DNA of 48,383 nucleotides from a virus. Taxonomy: Duplodnaviria; Heunggongvirae; Uroviricota; Caudoviricetes. The stretch lies in the IMG/VR virus record IMGVR_UViG_2671180501_000010. One strand, given 5' to 3'. Below the pieces are notes generated by a model. It was given only the letters and a program-made list of their open reading frames with translations. It was not told where the DNA came from and did not search any database. The number at the start of each line of letters is the position of its first letter. Positions within the stretch are counted from its first letter, which is position 1. Positions 38,595 to 47,147 of the stretch are shown in pieces. The translations under genes were made by a program, and so were the position numbers.

Positions 38595-39452
38595 TTACCC
38601 CCTGAAGCCTGGCGGGATCGCACTATCCGGTAACGAGACGGTGTTAACCTGTCGGAGTAACGTCTCAGGTCGAACACCTTTCGGCGCGAACAAGCCCTGG
38701 TATTCATTGGCGATGCTGTGTCGAATCACCTGCTCAGGTGAAAAACCCTGCTGGCGGAATTTTTCCAGCTCCCGTATCGCCCCGTTAGCGCCCTGCTCCG
38801 TTCGAATCGGTTTTCGCAATGCCTGGCGAAATTCAACCCACTCACGCCAAAGCGAGACAGAAATCCAGTTCGGCAAAGCAATATCCAGAGGGTCAAACTT
38901 TTTGACACCTCGATTCCCCCGGGGGGGATTTAGGGGGGGATCTGTTTTTAGATCTTTATCTGTATCTTTATTAGTTGCCTTTGTGTTGACATCATGTTCA
39001 AACACCACTTCAACATCTGTTTGAACACCTGTTAAATTTCTCTCTTGTTTTGTTTGAACATCTGCTTCCTTTCTGCTTCTTCTGGCCTGAACAGATGCTT
39101 TTCCTGCGGCTGATTTTTTGGTTAATTTTTCCCTGACTGATGCCAGATCTTCCTCAATCCGAAGATGCACCCATTCCTCGCCGTTATCGCAAAAAAACTC
39201 CTGCAAGGATGGTTCAACATCAGCCCATCGCTCGTTAGTCAGACGGGCAATTTTTGCCAGCCTGTTTTTAGGTATTGGCTTTCCTGTTTGCCAGTAATTG
39301 AACATCAGCAACAAATACGCACCATGCTCCTCTGCTGACAAATGCATGGTGTCAGCCAGGTAATCAGCTATGTACAGTTGCATGTATGGTAATGCGGCCA
39401 TAATTGCCCCGTATGATGCTGCCCGGTGGCTTAGAATAAGCACAAACAGCAT
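38595..39452 (-). CDS. ydaU: Replication initiation (O-like / primosomal) protein YdaU
   Basis: 285-aa ORF upstream of the DnaC-like gene; size and sequence consistent with recalled Rac YdaU. Confidence 0.7.
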   Translation of the reverse strand: MLFVLILSHRAASYGAIMAALPYMQLYIADYLADTMHLSAEEHGAYLLLMFNYWQTGKPIPKNRLAKIARLTNERWADVEPSLQEFFCDNGEEWVHLRIEEDLASVREKLTKKSAAGKASVQARRSRKEADVQTKQERNLTGVQTDVEVVFEHDVNTKATNKDTDKDLKTDPPLNPPRGNRGVKKFDPLDIALPNWISVSLWREWVEFRQALRKPIRTEQGANGAIRELEKFRQQGFSPEQVIRHSIANEYQGLFAPKGVRPETLLRQVNTVSLPDSAIPPGFRG

Positions 39453-39464
39453 GGAAACTTTTGC

Positions 39465-39887
39465 TTAATGAACAATGACAGAATCGTCGGAAGACCCGCC
39501 GCCGCTGAAATGCGCTTTCCGGTAAACGGCTTGGACTGCATCATCATGCGCATCAATTGCCGTACTTAACGCTTCCTGCGCCGCCAGTAATGCACGGCGT
39601 TCCAGGGTATCGAAGATGCAGAGTCGGTGACGCAGCTCGCGCGGAAGGATTGCCAGAATTGCTGGGATCAGCTTCTGAATTTTTTCTCTTTGCGTTTTCG
39701 TTTCACCTTTCAACCAACGGTGATAGATATTCTGCTGATTATTCCAGTCCTTGCCTGGTACCAGGGGCAATTCGCCGCCCCCCTGGCGCAGATATTCTTC
39801 AGTAATGGCATTGGCTACCCATGCCTGCCCTTTTTCGGCTGCCAGGGCTAACAACACTGACTCGATGTGCTCATGCTTGATTTTCAT
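39465..39887 (-). CDS. ydaT: YdaT (Rac toxic protein; cII-position gene)
   Basis: 140-aa ORF immediately downstream of the cro-like ydaS; matches recalled YdaT length and sequence. Confidence 0.8.
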   Translation of the reverse strand: MKIKHEHIESVLLALAAEKGQAWVANAITEEYLRQGGGELPLVPGKDWNNQQNIYHRWLKGETKTQREKIQKLIPAILAILPRELRHRLCIFDTLERRALLAAQEALSTAIDAHDDAVQAVYRKAHFSGGGSSDDSVIVH

Positions 39888-40138
39888 GAATCAACTCCCA
39901 TCAGCTTTTTCGTAGTAGTTTTATTTCTGCCAATAGTTAAAATTACATCAGCAGAAAATAATCCGTTTGATGCATGAGCGATTTTTTCAGCGTAATTTGT
40001 TTCGCCGGTATATTCTGTGCGAGGCAATTTTCCGTTATCCATCCATTTGTAGATTGCTCTTTGGCTGACACCACAAACGTCGGCCACAACAGAAACGCGA
40101 ACAGTTTTGATTACATCTTCAAGTGTTTTCTGGTTCAT
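39884..40138 (-). CDS. ydaS: YdaS, Cro-like HTH protein
   Basis: HTH segment VSQRAIYKWMDNGKLP; ATG 40138 preceded by GAGGG; in-frame alternative upstream start at 40210; divergent from racR. Confidence 0.75.
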   Translation of the reverse strand: MNQKTLEDVIKTVRVSVVADVCGVSQRAIYKWMDNGKLPRTEYTGETNYAEKIAHASNGLFSADVILTIGRNKTTTKKLMGVDS

Positions 40139-40199
40139 ATCACCCTCACAATGTGAACTTTGAGTACATGCTATAACAGAACTGACAGTACATTCAAGA
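40139..40199. promoter_or_regulatory. racR-ydaS divergent promoter/operator region
   Basis: 61-bp intergenic region between divergent repressor-like and cro-like genes; AGTACAT repeated at 40163-40169 and 40187-40193. Confidence 0.45.
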
Positions 40200-40637
40200 G
40201 TGAATATCATTGAACTTATGGTTCATGAAGATAAAGCGCGTAAAGAGTTCGCCAGTAGGCTTGCGCTAGCCTGTGAAAACGCTGGTTATGAACAACATGG
40301 AAGGCAGGCAGAAATTGCCCGTCGAATGAAATTAACACCAAAAGCGGTTAGCAAATGGTTTAATGGCGAAACAATTCCTCGCCGAGAGAAATTAAGGGAA
40401 TTAGCAACACTCATTGGAACAACACCAACCTATCTTTTGGGAGAGGATACAGAAGAAAGTGGACAGGTACGTTTCTATCAGGAGTTAAATCCAAGACAAA
40501 AAATCATCATTGACCTTCTGGACGAGCTCCCTGACAGTGAGACAGATGAACTTTTAAAAACTCTTGAGGAGAAAAAACAGAAGTACAATGCAATTTACGA
40601 AGAGCTAGCACGAAAGAAAAAACAAAAAGCCTCTTAA
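40200..40637 (+). CDS. racR: Prophage repressor RacR (HTH, cI-position)
   Basis: ORF with Cro/C1-type HTH (QAEIARRMKLTPKAVSKWFNGETIP); GTG at 40200 or ATG at 40218 as start; divergent from ydaS. Confidence 0.8.
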   Translation: MNIIELMVHEDKARKEFASRLALACENAGYEQHGRQAEIARRMKLTPKAVSKWFNGETIPRREKLRELATLIGTTPTYLLGEDTEESGQVRFYQELNPRQKIIIDLLDELPDSETDELLKTLEEKKQKYNAIYEELARKKKQKAS

Positions 40638-40927
40638 ACCAGCATAAATCCGGTAGCGTCCCCCTCCGGGTTTGTGCTTCACTTTATCCCATCTCATTTT
40701 TTTACACACAAAATGTACTTATAGTACTTTACATCAATGAACACAAAGTACATTATATACCTACCAACCCACCCCGCCCCACAGAACGCAGGGCAATACT
40801 TCGAGTTACCAGGCAGTGGTCAGGGGTTAAGTAGCCAGCCCGAGGCGTATGAACATGACGGCAGGGTTCAGATTTTGCAGTGCAGCAGGTTTCAGTTCCG
40901 CCACCCGGCGTTAAGGGGAGAGATAAG

Positions 40928-41062
40928 ATGGTGCATTACGAAGTAGTTCAGTATTTGATGGATTGTTGCGGTATCACTTACAACCAGGCTGTGCAGGCTT
41001 TACGCAGCAACGACTGGGATCTCTGGCAGGCAGAAGTCGCTATACACAGCAACAAGATGTGA
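40928..41062 (+). CDS. ydaG: Small Rac protein YdaG-like (44 aa)
   Basis: MVHYEVVQYLMDCCGITYNQAVQALRSNDWDLWQAEVAIHSNKM; RBS GGGGAGAG upstream; name from recalled Rac gene order. Confidence 0.5.
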   Translation: MVHYEVVQYLMDCCGITYNQAVQALRSNDWDLWQAEVAIHSNKM

Positions 41063-41072
41063 GATTCGCAAA

Positions 41073-41228
41073 ATGCAAAAAATCGACCTCGGCAACAACG
41101 AATCCCTGGTGTGCGGCGTGTTCCCCAACCAGGATGGAACGTTCACTGCCATGACGTATACCAAAAGCAAAACATTTAAAACCGAAACTGGTGCGCGCCG
41201 ATGGTTGGAGAAGCACACAGTAAGCTAA
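41073..41228 (+). CDS. ydaF: Small Rac protein YdaF-like (51 aa)
   Basis: MQKIDLGNNESLVCGVFPNQDGTFTAMTYTKSKTFKTETGARRWLEKHTVS; converges on the sieB 3' end; below the ORF-track length cutoff. Confidence 0.5.
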   Translation: MQKIDLGNNESLVCGVFPNQDGTFTAMTYTKSKTFKTETGARRWLEKHTVS

Positions 41229-41713
41229 CGATTAAAACGTCTACTCCTGCTGTTCCAGAATAACTTCATAAAATGGGAGTATTTTTCGGTGACGAGATAA
41301 TAAGAACAGTTTGCGCTATCACTCTGATGTTGAATGATGCCCTTCCGTTCTAATTTTTTCATAACCGGGTTACGGCAAGGAGAAGTGATAATAAGATTTC
41401 CTGTTTTAAGGAAATCTTTAAATACAGCGATTTCTTTCTCAGATAAACGAAGCAATACTCGTTGCTCTGGTAGTAATGAATAATGCTTTTGAATATGTGC
41501 TCGCAATCTTGAGAAGGAAATGGCGACCACGAAAGAAAAGGCAAAAACGATAATCTGAAAGAGCCAAGGTATTTCAGTATAAGCATTGAATGCGACAGTA
41601 AACTCTTTCGGTATCAGCCAGAGAGTGAGACCAAAAATGATAATCGTATACATAAGTATTTCGAGTGGCTCGTTAGCAAAAAGTTTCAACAATGGAGTAA
41701 ATACATCCAACAT
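41225..41713 (-). CDS. sieB: Superinfection exclusion protein B
   Basis: 162 aa from ATG 41713 (MLDVFTPLLKLFANEPLEILMYTIIIFGLTLWLIPKEF…), matching recalled SieB; membrane protein; AT-rich. Confidence 0.85.
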   Translation of the reverse strand: MLDVFTPLLKLFANEPLEILMYTIIIFGLTLWLIPKEFTVAFNAYTEIPWLFQIIVFAFSFVVAISFSRLRAHIQKHYSLLPEQRVLLRLSEKEIAVFKDFLKTGNLIITSPCRNPVMKKLERKGIIQHQSDSANCSYYLVTEKYSHFMKLFWNSRSRRFNR

Positions 41714-41930
41714 ATCAATAACTCTCAACTGTAAGGGTATTGAAATGTTAACACAAGCTCTCGCTGTAGGGGTATAGCCGAGACCACCGAAGCCCGGAGG
41801 TGGTGAAATAAAACCGGGCACAACACGAAGGCGCATTTCCGATATCCATAAAGAGTCGGTCTTGTCTGTTAAATTTAAATGGTGGGAGTGCGCCTCCGGT
41901 TGTAAATAACGACATTGCTGTGTGTAGTCC

Positions 41931-41980
41931 TGGCGGCATCAGTTTTTTTCTTGAAGTTCGGCTGATGTCCGCCCTTTTTA
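41931..41980 (+). promoter_or_regulatory. Inverted repeat / terminator-like hairpin in the kilR leader
   Basis: Arms ggcggcatcag (41932-41942) and ctgatgtccgcc (41962-41973) with one bulge, 19-nt T-rich spacer, followed by CTTTTTA. Confidence 0.35.
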
Positions 41981-42154
41981 AAGTGAATTTTGTGATGCGG
42001 TGAATGCGGCTAAGCGCACGTGGCACAGTTAAAAGTCATGTTAGTCCTTATTGGTTTGGGTGGGAAAGCCGACTGTAATTGTTAACTGGTTGCAGTCACC
42101 TGGAGGCACCAGGCACCGCATCAACAAAGTTCATTTGTAAAAATGGAGATAATT

Positions 42155-42376
42155 ATGATTGCACATCACTTCGGAACTGATGAAATACCACGTCAGTGTG
42201 TGACTCCTGGCGATTATGTTCTTCATGAAGGCCGGACATATATTGCCTCGGCAAACAATATTAAAAAGCGAAAACTATATATTCGTAACCTGACCACAAA
42301 AACATGCATTACTGACCGCATGATTAAAGTCTTCCTCGGTCGTGATGGTTTACCTGTAAAGGCGGAGTCATGGTGA
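42155..42376 (+). CDS. kilR: Killing protein KilR (inhibitor of cell division)
   Basis: 73 aa from ATG 42155 ([29 protein letters not shown]…), matching recalled KilR. Confidence 0.85.
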   Translation: MIAHHFGTDEIPRQCVTPGDYVLHEGRTYIASANNIKKRKLYIRNLTTKTCITDRMIKVFLGRDGLPVKAESW

Positions 42377-42546
42377 TGACTAAGAAAATAAAATGTGCTT
42401 ACCACCTTTGCAAAAAAGACGTTGAAGAAAGCAAAGCTATTGAAAGAATGCTTCACTTCATGCACGGGATTTTATCAAAAGACGAACCGAGAAAATATTG
42501 CAGTGAAGCTTGTGCCGAAAAAGACCAGATGGCACATGAACTTTAA
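42376..42546 (+). CDS. ydaE: YdaE (56 aa, Cys-rich small protein)
   Basis: ATG overlaps kilR stop by 1 nt (TGATG); [56 protein letters not shown]; below ORF-track cutoff. Confidence 0.6.
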   Translation: MTKKIKCAYHLCKKDVEESKAIERMLHFMHGILSKDEPRKYCSEACAEKDQMAHEL

Positions 42547-42620
42547 TTAATTGACTATTCGAAACTGAATTTATGCCAGAAATGGCAGGTATTCGCTCAA
42601 CCTTAATTAAGGAGAAAAAC

Positions 42621-42896
42621 ATGATTACCAATTATGAAGCCACTGTTGTAACTACCGATGACATTGTTCACGAGGTGAATCTGGAAGGAAAGCGCATTGG
42701 CTACGTAATTAAAACAGAAAATAAAGAAACCCCATTCACTGTGGTTGATATCGATGGTCCATCAGGCAACGTAAAAACACTTGATGAAGGTGTCAAAAAA
42801 ATGTGCCTGGTGCATATCGGAAAGAATCTGCCCGCAGAAAAAAAAGCCGAATTTCTGGCAACTCTAATTGCAATGAAATTAAAAGGTGAAATCTGA
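42621..42896 (+). CDS. racC: RacC
   Basis: 91 aa from ATG 42621 (MITNYEATVVTTDDIVHEVNLEGKRIGYVIKTENKETPF…) after GGAG RBS; matches recalled RacC. Confidence 0.8.
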   Translation: MITNYEATVVTTDDIVHEVNLEGKRIGYVIKTENKETPFTVVDIDGPSGNVKTLDEGVKKMCLVHIGKNLPAEKKAEFLATLIAMKLKGEI

Positions 42897-42997
42897 AAGA
42901 AATAGCCTGCGTATGGCGCAGGCTATGAACAGTGTGTATCCGGCAAGATCATTCACTGAACAAAACGAATTTTAATCTGAGTTGAGGTTAAAAAACA

Positions 42998-45598
42998 ATG
43001 AGCACAAAACCACTCTTCCTGTTACGGAAAGCGAAAAAATCATCCGGTGAACCTGACGTCGTCCTGTGGGCAAGCAACGATTTTGAATCGACCTGTGCCA
43101 CTCTGGACTACCTGATCGTTAAGTCAGGTAAAAAACTGAGCAGCTATTTTAAAGCTGTTGCCACGAATTTTCCTGTCGTTAATGACCTGCCCGCTGAAGG
43201 TGAGATCGATTTTACCTGGAGTGAACGCTATCAACTCAGCAAAGACTCCATGACATGGGAACTAAAACCGGGAGCAGCACCAGACAACGCTCACTATCAA
43301 GGCAATACCAACGTCAACGGCGAAGACATGACTGAGATTGAGGAGAATATGCTACTCCCAATTTCTGGCCAGGAACTGCCCATTCGTTGGCTTGCTCAAC
43401 ACGGCAGCGAAAAACCGGTAACGCACGTTTCACGCGACGGACTCCAGGCATTACACATTGCTCGGGCTGAAGAACTACCGGCTGTTACTGCCCTGGCTGT
43501 TTCCCACAAAACCAGCCTGCTCGACCCGCTGGAAATTCGCGAACTCCACAAACTGGTTCGTGACACTGACAAAGTTTTCCCTAATCCTGGTAATTCAAAC
43601 CTGGGACTGATAACTGCTTTTTTCGAAGCATACCTGAACGCTGACTACACCGATCGAGGACTGCTGACAAAAGAGTGGATGAAGGGTAATCGTGTTTCAC
43701 ACATCACTCGCACGGCTTCCGGTGCTAATGCTGGCGGCGGAAACCTCACCGATCGCGGCGAAGGTTTCGTACACGATCTGACGTCACTGGCGCGGGACGT
43801 AGCCACTGGCGTACTGGCCCGTTCAATGGATCTGGACATCTATAACCTTCATCCGGCACACGCTAAACGCATTGAGGAAATTATCGCTGAAAATAAACCG
43901 CCCTTTTCTGTTTTCCGCGACAAATTCATCACCATGCCTGGCGGGCTGGATTATTCCCGCGCCATCGTGGTTGCGTCCGTAAAAGAAGCACCAATTGGGA
44001 TCGAGGTCATCCCCGCGCACGTCACTGAATATCTGAACAAAGTACTGACTGAAACCGATCATGCCAACCCTGATCCGGAAATCGTGGATATTGCCTGCGG
44101 TCGCTCCTCTGCCCCGATGCCGCAGCGAGTAACAGAAGAAGGAAAACAGGATGATGAAGAAAAACCGCAACCATCTGGAACAACGGCAGTTGAACAGGGA
44201 GAGGCTGAAACAATGGAACCGGACGCAACTGAACATCATCAGGACACGCAGCCGCTGGATGCTCAGTCACAGGTAAATTCTGTTGATGCGAAATATCAGG
44301 AACTGCGGGCAGAACTCCATGAAGCCCGGAAAAACATTCCATCAAAAAATCCTGTCGATGCCGATAAATTGCTTGCTGCATCACGTGGTGAATTTGTTGA
44401 CGGAATTAGCGACCCGAACGATCCGAAATGGGTAAAGGGGATCCAGACTCGCGATTGTGTGTACCAGAACCAGCCAGAAACGGAAAAAACCAGCCCGGAT
44501 ATGAATCAACCTGAGCCAGTAGTGCAACAGGAACCGGAAATAGCCTGCAATGCCTGCGGCCAGACTGGCGGGGATAACTGCCCTGACTGTGGTGCGGTGA
44601 TGGGCGACGCAACATACCAGGAAACATTCGATGAAGAGAGTCAGGTTGAAGCTAAGGAAAATGATCCGGAGGAAATGGAAGGCGCTGAACATCCGCACAA
44701 TGAGAATGCTGGCAGCGATCCGCATCGCGATTGCAGTGATGAAACTGGCGAAGTCGCAGATCCCGTAATCGTAGAAGACATAGAGCCAGGTATTTATTAC
44801 GGAATTTCGAATGAGAATTACCACGCGGGTCCCGGTGTCAGTAAGTCTCAGCTCGATGACATTGCTGATACTCCGGCACTGTATTTGTGGCGTAAAAATG
44901 CCCCCGTGGACACCACAAAGACAAAAACGCTCGATTTAGGAACCGCTTTCCACTGCCGGGTACTTGAGCCGGAAGAATTCAGTAACCGCTTTATCGTAGC
45001 ACCTGAATTTAACCGCCGGACAAACTCCGGAAAAGAAGAAGAGAAAGCGTTTCTGAGGGAATGCGCAAGCACAGGAAAAACGGTTATCACTGCCGAAGAA
45101 GGCCGGAAAATTGAACTCATGTATCAGAGCGTTATGGCTTTGCCGCTGGGGCAATGGCTTGTTGAAAGCGCCGGACACGCTGAATCATCAATTTACTGGG
45201 AAGATCCTGAAACAGCAATTTTGTGTCGGTGCCGTCCGGACAAAATTATCCCTGAATTTCACTGGATCATGGACGTGAAAACTACGGCGGATATTCAACG
45301 ATTCAAAACCGCTTATTACGACTACCGCTATCACGTTCAGGATGCATTCTACAGTGACGGTTATGAAGCACAGTTTGGAGTGCAGCCAACTTTCGTTTTT
45401 CTGGTTGCCAGCACAACTATTGAATGCGGACGTTATCCGGTTGAAATTTTCATGATGGGCGAAGAAGCAAAACTGGCAGGTCAGCTGGAATATCACCGCA
45501 ATCTGCGAACCCTGGCTGACTGCCTCAATACCGATGAATGGCCAGCTATTAAGACGTTATCACTGCCCCGCTGGGCTAAGGAATATGCAAATGACTAA
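42998..45598 (+). CDS. recE: Exodeoxyribonuclease VIII (RecE)
   Basis: 866-aa ORF, the recalled RecE length; acidic linker; C-terminal nuclease region; stop overlaps recT start. Confidence 0.9.
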   Translation: MSTKPLFLLRKAKKSSGEPDVVLWASNDFESTCATLDYLIVKSGKKLSSYFKAVATNFPVVNDLPAEGEIDFTWSERYQLSKDSMTWELKPGAAPDNAHYQGNTNVNGEDMTEIEENMLLPISGQELPIRWLAQHGSEKPVTHVSRDGLQALHIARAEELPAVTALAVSHKTSLLDPLEIRELHKLVRDTDKVFPNPGNSNLGLITAFFEAYLNADYTDRGLLTKEWMKGNRVSHITRTASGANAGGGNLTDRGEGFVHDLTSLARDVATGVLARSMDLDIYNLHPAHAKRIEEIIAENKPPFSVFRDKFITMPGGLDYSRAIVVASVKEAPIGIEVIPAHVTEYLNKVLTETDHANPDPEIVDIACGRSSAPMPQRVTEEGKQDDEEKPQPSGTTAVEQGEAETMEPDATEHHQDTQPLDAQSQVNSVDAKYQELRAELHEARKNIPSKNPVDADKLLAASRGEFVDGISDPNDPKWVKGIQTRDCVYQNQPETEKTSPDMNQPEPVVQQEPEIACNACGQTGGDNCPDCGAVMGDATYQETFDEESQVEAKENDPEEMEGAEHPHNENAGSDPHRDCSDETGEVADPVIVEDIEPGIYYGISNENYHAGPGVSKSQLDDIADTPALYLWRKNAPVDTTKTKTLDLGTAFHCRVLEPEEFSNRFIVAPEFNRRTNSGKEEEKAFLRECASTGKTVITAEEGRKIELMYQSVMALPLGQWLVESAGHAESSIYWEDPETAILCRCRPDKIIPEFHWIMDVKTTADIQRFKTAYYDYRYHVQDAFYSDGYEAQFGVQPTFVFLVASTTIECGRYPVEIFMMGEEAKLAGQLEYHRNLRTLADCLNTDEWPAIKTLSLPRWAKEYAND

Positions 45599-46400
45599 GC
45601 AACCACCAATCGCAAAAGCCGATCTGCAAAAAACTCAGGGAAACCGTGCACCAGCAGCAATTAAAAATAACGACGTGATTAGTTTTATTAACCAGCCATC
45701 AATGAAAGAGCAACTGGCAGCAGCTCTTCCACGCCATATGACGGCTGAACGTATGATCCGTATCGCCACCACAGAAATTCGTAAAGTTCCGGCGTTAGGA
45801 AACTGTGACACTATGAGTTTTGTCAGTGCAATCGTACAGTGTTCACAGCTCGGACTTGAGCCCGGTAGCGCCCTCGGTCATGCATATTTACTGCCTTTTG
45901 GTAATAAAAACGAAAAGAGCGGTAAAAAAAACGTTCAGCTAATCATTGGCTATCGCGGCATGATTGATCTGGCTCGCCGTTCAGGTCAAATCGCCAGCCT
46001 GTCAGCCCGTGTTGTCCGTGAAGGTGACGAGTTTAATTTCGAATTTGGCCTTGATGAAAAGTTAATACACCGCCCAGGAGAAAACGAAGATGCCCCTGTT
46101 ACCCACGTCTATGCTGTCGCAAGACTGAAAGACGGAGGTACTCAGTTTGAAGTTATGACGCGCAAACAGATTGAGCTGGTGCGCAGCCAGAGTAAAGCTG
46201 GTAATAACGGGCCGTGGGTAACTCACTGGGAAGAAATGGCAAAGAAAACGGCTATTCGTCGCCTGTTCAAATATCTGCCCGTATCAATTGAGATCCAGCG
46301 TGCAGTATCAATGGATGAAAAGGAACCACTGACAATCGATCCTGCAGATTCCTCTGTATTAACCGGGGAATACAGTGTAATCGATAATTCAGAGGAATAA
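45591..46400 (+). CDS. recT: Recombinase RecT (single-strand annealing protein)
   Basis: ATG 45591 ([23 protein letters not shown]…) overlaps the recE stop; matches recalled RecT (269 aa). Confidence 0.9.
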   Translation: MTKQPPIAKADLQKTQGNRAPAAIKNNDVISFINQPSMKEQLAAALPRHMTAERMIRIATTEIRKVPALGNCDTMSFVSAIVQCSQLGLEPGSALGHAYLLPFGNKNEKSGKKNVQLIIGYRGMIDLARRSGQIASLSARVVREGDEFNFEFGLDEKLIHRPGENEDAPVTHVYAVARLKDGGTQFEVMTRKQIELVRSQSKAGNNGPWVTHWEEMAKKTAIRRLFKYLPVSIEIQRAVSMDEKEPLTIDPADSSVLTGEYSVIDNSEE

Positions 46401-46455
46401 TTCAGCCTGGCGGTGTAATGCACCGCCAACTTGAAATATTTTTATGAGAAAAATT

Positions 46456-46650
46456 ATGAGATATGACAATGTTAAACCATGTCCATTTTGTGGTTGTCCA
46501 TCAGTAACGGTGAAAGCCATTTCAGGATATTACCGAGCGAAGTGTAACGGATGCGAATCCCGAACCGGTTATGGTGGAAGTGAAAAAGAAGCACTCGAAC
46601 GATGAAATAAACGAACCACTGGAAATAATAATGGAGGTGTTCATGTATAA
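46456..46650 (+). pseudogene. ralR: Restriction alleviation protein RalR/Lar, interrupted by an in-frame TGA at codon 50
   Basis: Reads MRYDNVKPCPFCGCPSVTVKAISGYYRAKCNGCESRTGYGGSEKEALER-TGA-NKRTTGNNNGGVHV-TAA; the final TAA overlaps the ydaC ATG as in the intact arrangement; the recalled intact protein has W at the TGA position. Confidence 0.6.
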
Positions 46651-46831
46651 AATTACCGCCACTATTGAAAAGGAAGGTGGCACTCCTACTAACTGGACAA
46701 GATATTCAAAATCTAAACTAACGAAATCAGAATGCGAAAAAATGCTCTCAGGTAAAAAAGAAGCAGGCGTTTCCAGAGAGCAGAAAGTAAAACTGATAAA
46801 TTTTAATTGCGAGAAACTTCAGTCCTCGTGA
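46643..46831 (+). CDS. ydaC: YdaC-like small protein (62 aa)
   Basis: ATG 46643 after GGAGGTG; MYKITATIEKEGGTPTNWTRYSKSKLTKSECEKMLSGKKEAGVSREQKVKLINFNCEKLQSS. Confidence 0.6.
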   Translation: MYKITATIEKEGGTPTNWTRYSKSKLTKSECEKMLSGKKEAGVSREQKVKLINFNCEKLQSS

Positions 46832-46930
46832 ATTGCATTGTATTCAAATTAAAACTTCATAGCTGATTATTAATAATCAACATCGGGCGTCAATTTAAGT
46901 CTAACATTGGCGCCTGCCAGAGGTGATGCG

Positions 46931-47146
46931 ATGGCACAAGTAATCTTTAATGAAGAGTGGATGGTTGAATACGGCCTGATGCTTCGCACTGGTCTGGGGG
47001 CCAGACAAATTGAAGCATACCGCCAGAACTGTTGGGTGGAAGGCTTCCACTTCAAACGAGTATCTCCTTTAGGGAAGCCAGACAGTAAGCGAGGGATTAT
47101 CTGGTATAACTATCCAAAGATAAATCAGTTTATCAAAGACTCATGA
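46931..47146 (+). CDS. xisR: Excisionase (Xis-like)
   Basis: ATG 46931 ([43 protein letters not shown]…); small basic DNA-binding protein ending 1 nt before int. Confidence 0.75.
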   Translation: MAQVIFNEEWMVEYGLMLRTGLGARQIEAYRQNCWVEGFHFKRVSPLGKPDSKRGIIWYNYPKINQFIKDS

Positions 47147-47147
47147 T

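Noticed and set aside
41748-42026. 92-aa minus-strand ORF in the kilR leader
   Set aside because: Arg/Ser-rich translation without RBS, overlapping the inverted-repeat structure; more likely regulatory DNA.
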